DNA of 63,481 nucleotides, the filler included, from Reclinomonas americana ATCC 50394 (Eukaryota), in assembly GCA_048213135.1 (NCBI GenBank). It is 16 parts of 16 records of this genome, joined end to end, with 100 filler letters (N's around TTAATTAATTAA, not from the genome) between each part and the next. Parts side by side here need not be neighbours in the genome. Positions count along the whole stretch, not along the records: positions 56,306 to 59,544 come from AFZH01021544.1; positions 59,645 to 61,471 come from AFZH01021545.1; positions 61,572 to 63,481 come from AFZH01021547.1; 13 more parts are not named here. The stretch is one strand, 5' to 3'. Of the stretch, positions 59,301-63,481 are shown in pieces. The first letter of the stretch is position 1; each line of letters begins with the position of its first letter. The translations under genes were made by a program, and so were the position numbers. The notes under the pieces were generated by a model that was not told the DNA's origin, did not search any database, and was given only the letters and a program-made list of their open reading frames with translations.

Positions 59301-60705
59301 CTCTGCCTCTGTCTCCTCGCTGTCGTGCTCCTCATTACGTTTCACTCTTATTCTCTCTCTCTCTTTCTCTCCTCCTCCTTCTCCTCTTCCTCCACTTTCT
59401 CCTTCTCACCCCCCTCCCCCTCCGAGTCTCCCACGCTCTCCACAACGAACCGTCATTCTTCTGCCTCCCGTCTCCTCACGCAATCTCATTCCTCTCTCGT
59501 CCCTCCCTCTCGCCCCTTCCCTGTCTCACCTCTCTCTTTCTCTCNNNNNNNNNNNNNNNNNNNNNNNNNNNNNNNNNNNNNNNNNNNNTTAATTAATTAA
59601 NNNNNNNNNNNNNNNNNNNNNNNNNNNNNNNNNNNNNNNNNNNNTCTCTCTCTCTTGTCTCTCTCTCCCTGTTCTCCCTCTCTCGTCTCTCGGCTCTCTC
59701 CCTGTCCTTTCCCTCTCTCACCCCCATTTCCCCGCAGTCGATCCCCGCCCGCGCTGTGGTGGCCGACGCTCTGCTCAACGGCTCCGCCTTTGTGGGCGAG
59801 GTGCCACCGATTGGCGAGTGGCCGCGTGAATTCTGGGCCCAGTACATGCTGTCGCTGGCGTCGATGAATGTTCTTGGTGAGCGGCAATCACGTTACTTTG
59901 TTTAGGGTGGTGACGAAGTCTTGCCCACTCTTTGCTGTGTGTCGCACAGGTGGCTGGCCGAGCACGTTTGGCACCGGCACACGAGTGTATCACCTCGAGC
60001 GCGGCTGGTGCGGTACCGTTGTCAACACCAACACTGTCATTCGCGACATGGATGTCAAGGTAATAAGTCATCCCCTCGCGACTGTCACGTGCGTGATAGA
60101 TTACTGACAAGATGGCTACTCCTTCCAGCCGACGATTGTGAACGCACAAAAGGAGCTGCTGGTCCTGCCCGAGGTGAGAAAGCAACTAGAGATTATTAAG
60201 CGATGTGCTCACGTCGCTCACTCGTCTCTGTGTGACAGCTGTCGCTGAGTGCCGATCAGCTGGAGCCTTTCCGCTCGGTCGAGCTCCTTGCGGCGCTGTC
60301 ATCTGTGCGCGCTGCATCGCAAGTTCCGTCGGCTCCGGAGGACTCCTCGTCGGCTGCGGAGTTTGTGCGTATCATCTTTGCTTTTTCTTGGTGATTCCCT
60401 TTTGCTCATCTTTGCCCAGGTCTCCGCCACTCGACTGGCCATCTCTACTTTCGATGCCACGCGTGCACGCACTCTGGCTGTCGTGGTGGCTCTGTCGCCG
60501 GCGTTTGCCACGACGCTGCTCAACACTGGTGAGTCGATATATTTGGTTGATTTGCCGCGATCCCGCAGGAGGTGTTCACAGTTGGTGGCTACTCGCAGAT
60601 GCCGTCGCAACGCTGCTTGGTGCCAGCACCAATGGCGCGCATGCCTCCCTGCTGCCCACGCTCACGCTGGAGGAGAACGTTGCCACTTCGCTGGGAACTT
60701 TGTGC
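45567..60705 (+). CDS. Giant multi-exon HERC1/HECTD4-like protein (probable E3 ubiquitin ligase), N-terminal portion spread over contigs 9-15
   Basis: Exon 1 (45567-45603, [12 protein letters not shown]) joins 46762-47072 in phase. 47700-48900 gives [49 protein letters not shown] and [17 protein letters not shown], which from memory resemble the HERC1 N-terminal region. LamG-like and ETEHP (CUB-like) segments and two acidic tracts follow. No HECT or RCC1 domain is seen in the window. Confidence 0.6.
48365..48700. repeat. Intronic diverged ~22-bp minisatellite (GTTGCATACTGCGCTCTGCTTGC variants)
   Basis: Directly visible, more than 10 imperfect units. Confidence 0.8.
51080..51167 (+). repeat. 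7-bp tandem repeat (GAGGGTY)n at an intron 5' end
   Basis: About 12 units of GAGGGTC/GAGGGTT. Confidence 0.9.
51936..52122 (+). other. Exon encoding the C-terminal half of a LamG/concanavalin-like domain within the giant protein
   Basis: [45 protein letters not shown] fits the pattern RIW...RT..EI......L.G.E..LVAY..FDEG.G. Confidence 0.7.
53696..53890. repeat. (CA)n/(CACACG)n microsatellite
   Basis: Directly visible. A (GT)n run also flanks both sides of the linker at 56206-56305. Confidence 0.95.
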
Positions 60706-61579
60706 GTGCGTGTGCCTGTGGTCGACAACTCGTCGGCACCCCCGGCTGTGGCGATTGATTGTTGCGTGCATGGGAGCGCGGGCAAGTAGGGGAAGGGGGG
60801 AGGGCGGTGAGGTGCAAGGATAGAGTAGAATAGCGAGTCCTCGTAGTGTGAGAAGATGTGTCTGCAGGAGTGGCAGAGGGAGCTCGCTGTCTGAGGGAGA
60901 AGAGCGAGGGAAAGAGAGGAGAAGGGGGAAAGAGAAAGCGCGATGCACGTATGCATGTGATTCACGCCACGGCTGCGACTCGTACGAAGCGCATCCAACA
61001 CACACATACACGCGTTACGCGATGGATAAGCGCTCCAAGATGGAAGAGAGAAAGAGAGAGAGAGAGAAAAAGGGAGAGAGAAAGCGAGAGACAGAGAGAG
61101 ACAGAAAGAGAAAGAGTGAGGCAGATAAAGGAGCGAGAGACAGTGACAAAGCGAGGGACAGATAGAGAAGCGAGAGAAAGCGAGAAACAGAAAGAGGAAG
61201 CGACAGACGTATAGAAAGATAGAGAGAGAAAGCGTGAGACAGATAGAGAAGCGAGAGGCAGTGAGAAAGCGAGGGACAGATAGAGAAGCGAGAGACAGCG
61301 AGAGACAGAGAGAGGAAGGGAGAGAGAGCGAGAGGAAGAGAGAGAGAGAGAGACGGAGGGAGAGAGATGGAGAGATTGAATGATGAAGAACGAGGAGCAG
61401 AGAAAAAGTGTAATGATAGCGGCGATGAAACCACCACCAGCGTATGATGCGTCGAAAGACGACTTGCGAGGNNNNNNNNNNNNNNNNNNNNNNNNNNNNN
61501 NNNNNNNNNNNNNNNTTAATTAATTAANNNNNNNNNNNNNNNNNNNNNNNNNNNNNNNNNNNNNNNNNNNNCCCGTCGC

Positions 61580-61585
61580 TACGCT
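61580..61585 (+). promoter_or_regulatory. Putative -10 hexamer (TACGCT) of a leaderless promoter
   Basis: TANNNT 6 nt upstream of ATG 61592, a spacing typical of actinobacterial leaderless transcripts. Confidence 0.45.
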
Positions 61586-61591
61586 GAGGGC

Positions 61592-62383
61592 ATGCTTCGC
61601 ATCGTGTTCCTGGTCGTCTGGCTGCTGCTCTCGGTCTGGCTCCTCATCTGGGTGGGCGAGGGCCTCTTCGGCGTCGACCAGCGCCATTCGATCCTCCCGT
61701 TCTCCGGCGAGGACACGCTGGGCGGGCCGATCTTCATCGGCGTCGCCTGGGGGCTGCTGCTGACCTTCGGCGGGGTGTTCCTCGGCTTCAGCGGTCGCAA
61801 GAGCCCGCGAGGCGAGCAGCAGGTCGGAGTGGGTTCGATCGTGGAGGTCTCCCGCACCGGGCTGACCATCAACGACGTGCCGCAGTACGACGTCTTCGTC
61901 CGGGTGACGCCGTCCGCCGGAGACGACTTCATCGGGCAGCTGCGGATGCTGGTGGAGGCCACCGATGCCGCTGCTCTGCAGGTCGGCCAGCCGCTTTCCG
62001 TGCGCTACAGCCTGACGGATCAGGACACCATCGAGCTCGCCGATCCCTCCGAGCCGGCCGTCCGGGACGCACTCCTGCAGTGGCGCATCGACCGCGGGCT
62101 GATCGATCCGAGTCAGGTGCGAGCGCGGACGACCGGCATCTCGGTCCCGGCATCCGTCCTCGAGGTCCGTCCGACGGGCCGCCGCCGGGAGGGGCAGAGC
62201 GAGCTCGCCCTGAGGGTGCTGATGGCTCCGGACGGCGCGGCGACATGGGAGGCCGACACCACCGTCTTCGTCTACCCGCAGGCGATCTCCCACCTGCAGG
62301 TCGGCGCGCCGATCTGGGCGTTCTACCGTCGGGAGGATCCGCAGACGGTCGCGATCACGATCGAGAAGGAGGTCGGGCGATGA
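61592..62383 (+). CDS. Membrane protein (2 TM) with two tandem DUF3592-like beta-rich domains
   Basis: 263-aa ORF with high GC3. Hydrophobic N-terminus. Internal duplication EV..TG...LQVG.P..(R/F)Y...D..T. Confidence 0.8.
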   Translation: MLRIVFLVVWLLLSVWLLIWVGEGLFGVDQRHSILPFSGEDTLGGPIFIGVAWGLLLTFGGVFLGFSGRKSPRGEQQVGVGSIVEVSRTGLTINDVPQYDVFVRVTPSAGDDFIGQLRMLVEATDAAALQVGQPLSVRYSLTDQDTIELADPSEPAVRDALLQWRIDRGLIDPSQVRARTTGISVPASVLEVRPTGRRREGQSELALRVLMAPDGAATWEADTTVFVYPQAISHLQVGAPIWAFYRREDPQTVAITIEKEVGR

Positions 62384-62907
62384 ACCCCCTGGACACGCTG
62401 ATGTGGCTGCTGAACTTCCCGGCGGCGCACGGCTACGCGATGGTCTTCGTCGCGGGCTTCTCGATCCTCGGCCTGTTCGCGATGTCGGTGCGCGCCGCCT
62501 CACCCGGCGGCGAGCTCCGCGCCATCCGCGCTCGCGAGGGCCTTCTTCGTCCGGAGGAGCAGGCACGCGGACAGGTCGGCGGACGCATCCTTCGCGTCTT
62601 CTTCCGCATCCTGGCGTTCGTCATGCTGGGATCCCTGGTGATCGGCATTCTGAGCCTCACGGGCGTTCCGGTGACGCGCGCGTACATCCACGACAACGGC
62701 CGCCCGACCACGGCGACGATGGACGGCGACTGGGTGACCTTCACCACGGCCGAGGGCGTCGAGTACACGCTCGAGAGCAACTTCTTCACCCCGGCGGTCT
62801 ACCCGGACCGTGACAGCTACCTGCCGAGCGGTTCGCCCGTGGTGGTGCGGTATCTGGCATCGCACCCGCAGGCGTTCGTGATCGACAGCACGCAGACTCC
62901 GCGCTGA
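62380..62907 (+). CDS. Membrane protein (2-3 TM) with C-terminal DUF3592-like domain
   Basis: AAGGAGG RBS and ATGA overlap with the upstream stop. MNPLDTLMWLL...VTFTTAEGVEYT...GSPVVVRYLASHPQAFVI. Confidence 0.8.
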   Translation: MNPLDTLMWLLNFPAAHGYAMVFVAGFSILGLFAMSVRAASPGGELRAIRAREGLLRPEEQARGQVGGRILRVFFRILAFVMLGSLVIGILSLTGVPVTRAYIHDNGRPTTATMDGDWVTFTTAEGVEYTLESNFFTPAVYPDRDSYLPSGSPVVVRYLASHPQAFVIDSTQTPR

Positions 62908-62935
62908 CGCCGGCCCCGAGGTCGCACCCGGAGCG

Positions 62936-62941
62936 TAGGGT
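62936..62941 (+). promoter_or_regulatory. Putative -10 hexamer (TAGGGT) of a leaderless promoter
   Basis: TANNNT 7 nt upstream of ATG 62949. Confidence 0.45.
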
Positions 62942-62948
62942 GAGGAGC

Positions 62949-63481
62949 ATGTCGCGCATCATCGTTTTCGGCGGCCACGGCCGCATCGCCCTGCTCCTCG
63001 CGCCCCTGCTCGTCGAGCGAGGTGACGAAGTCACCGGAGTCATCCGCAACCCCGACCACGCCGGCGATGTCGAGGCGGGCGGCGCCAGCGCGCTGGTGGC
63101 CGATATCGAGACCATGGACGTCGAGGCTCTCGCCGAGATCATCCGCGGTCACGATGCCGTCGTCTGGTCGGCCGGTGCAGGCGGGGGAGACCCGCAGCGC
63201 ACCTACGCCGTCGACCGGGATGCCGCGGAGCGATCGATGGATGCGGCGGAGCTCGCGGGGGTGCGCCGTTACGTCATGGTGTCCTGGATCGGTTCGACGG
63301 CCGATCACGGCGTTCCCGAGGGAGACTCGTTCTTCGCCTACGCCGATGCCAAGTGGGCAGCCGACGAGCACCTGCGCGGCACCGGGCTGGAGGGCACGAT
63401 CCTCGCTCCCGGAACGCTCACCCTCGATGACCCCACGGGGCGCATCCTGATCGACCCCGAGGGTCGCGGAGAGGTGTCCCG
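62949..63481 (+). CDS. NAD(P)H-binding atypical SDR (NAD_binding_10 family), 3' truncated
   Basis: Manual translation MSRIIVFGGHGRIALLLAPLL...DAVVWSAGAGGG...TYAVDRDAA...YVMVS...YADAKWAADEHL. Confidence 0.9.
   Translation, partial: MSRIIVFGGHGRIALLLAPLLVERGDEVTGVIRNPDHAGDVEAGGASALVADIETMDVEALAEIIRGHDAVVWSAGAGGGDPQRTYAVDRDAAERSMDAAELAGVRRYVMVSWIGSTADHGVPEGDSFFAYADAKWAADEHLRGTGLEGTILAPGTLTLDDPTGRILIDPEGRGEVS

Overview
This is not one replicon. It is 16 contigs joined by artificial 100-nt linkers (44 N + TTAATTAATTAA + 44 N). Contigs 1-2 (1-2399) are GC-rich proteobacterial-style fragments and contig 16 (61572-63481) looks actinobacterial. Contigs 3-15 (2500-61471) come from an intron-rich microbial eukaryote and appear to be in genomic order, because several genes continue across linkers: F-box/LRR, WD40/FN3/coiled-coil, PRCC, a flavodoxin-fold quinone reductase and a giant HERC1-like protein. 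The standout is a head-to-tail array of five apparently intact 10-exon genes (18199-39432, minus strand). Each encodes an ankyrin-repeat domain, a variable-length coiled coil and an IRAK/Pelle/RLK-family kinase. Differences between paralogs concentrate on the ankyrin ligand-binding positions, and the copies are patchwork mosaics of each other. I infer a diversifying intracellular sensor-kinase system, possibly innate-immune-like. The eukaryote also has an unusual recurrent GTTGCG 5' splice site, and long introns with G-rich 5' ends and C-rich 3' ends. All exon models and family calls were made by eye, with no searches run.
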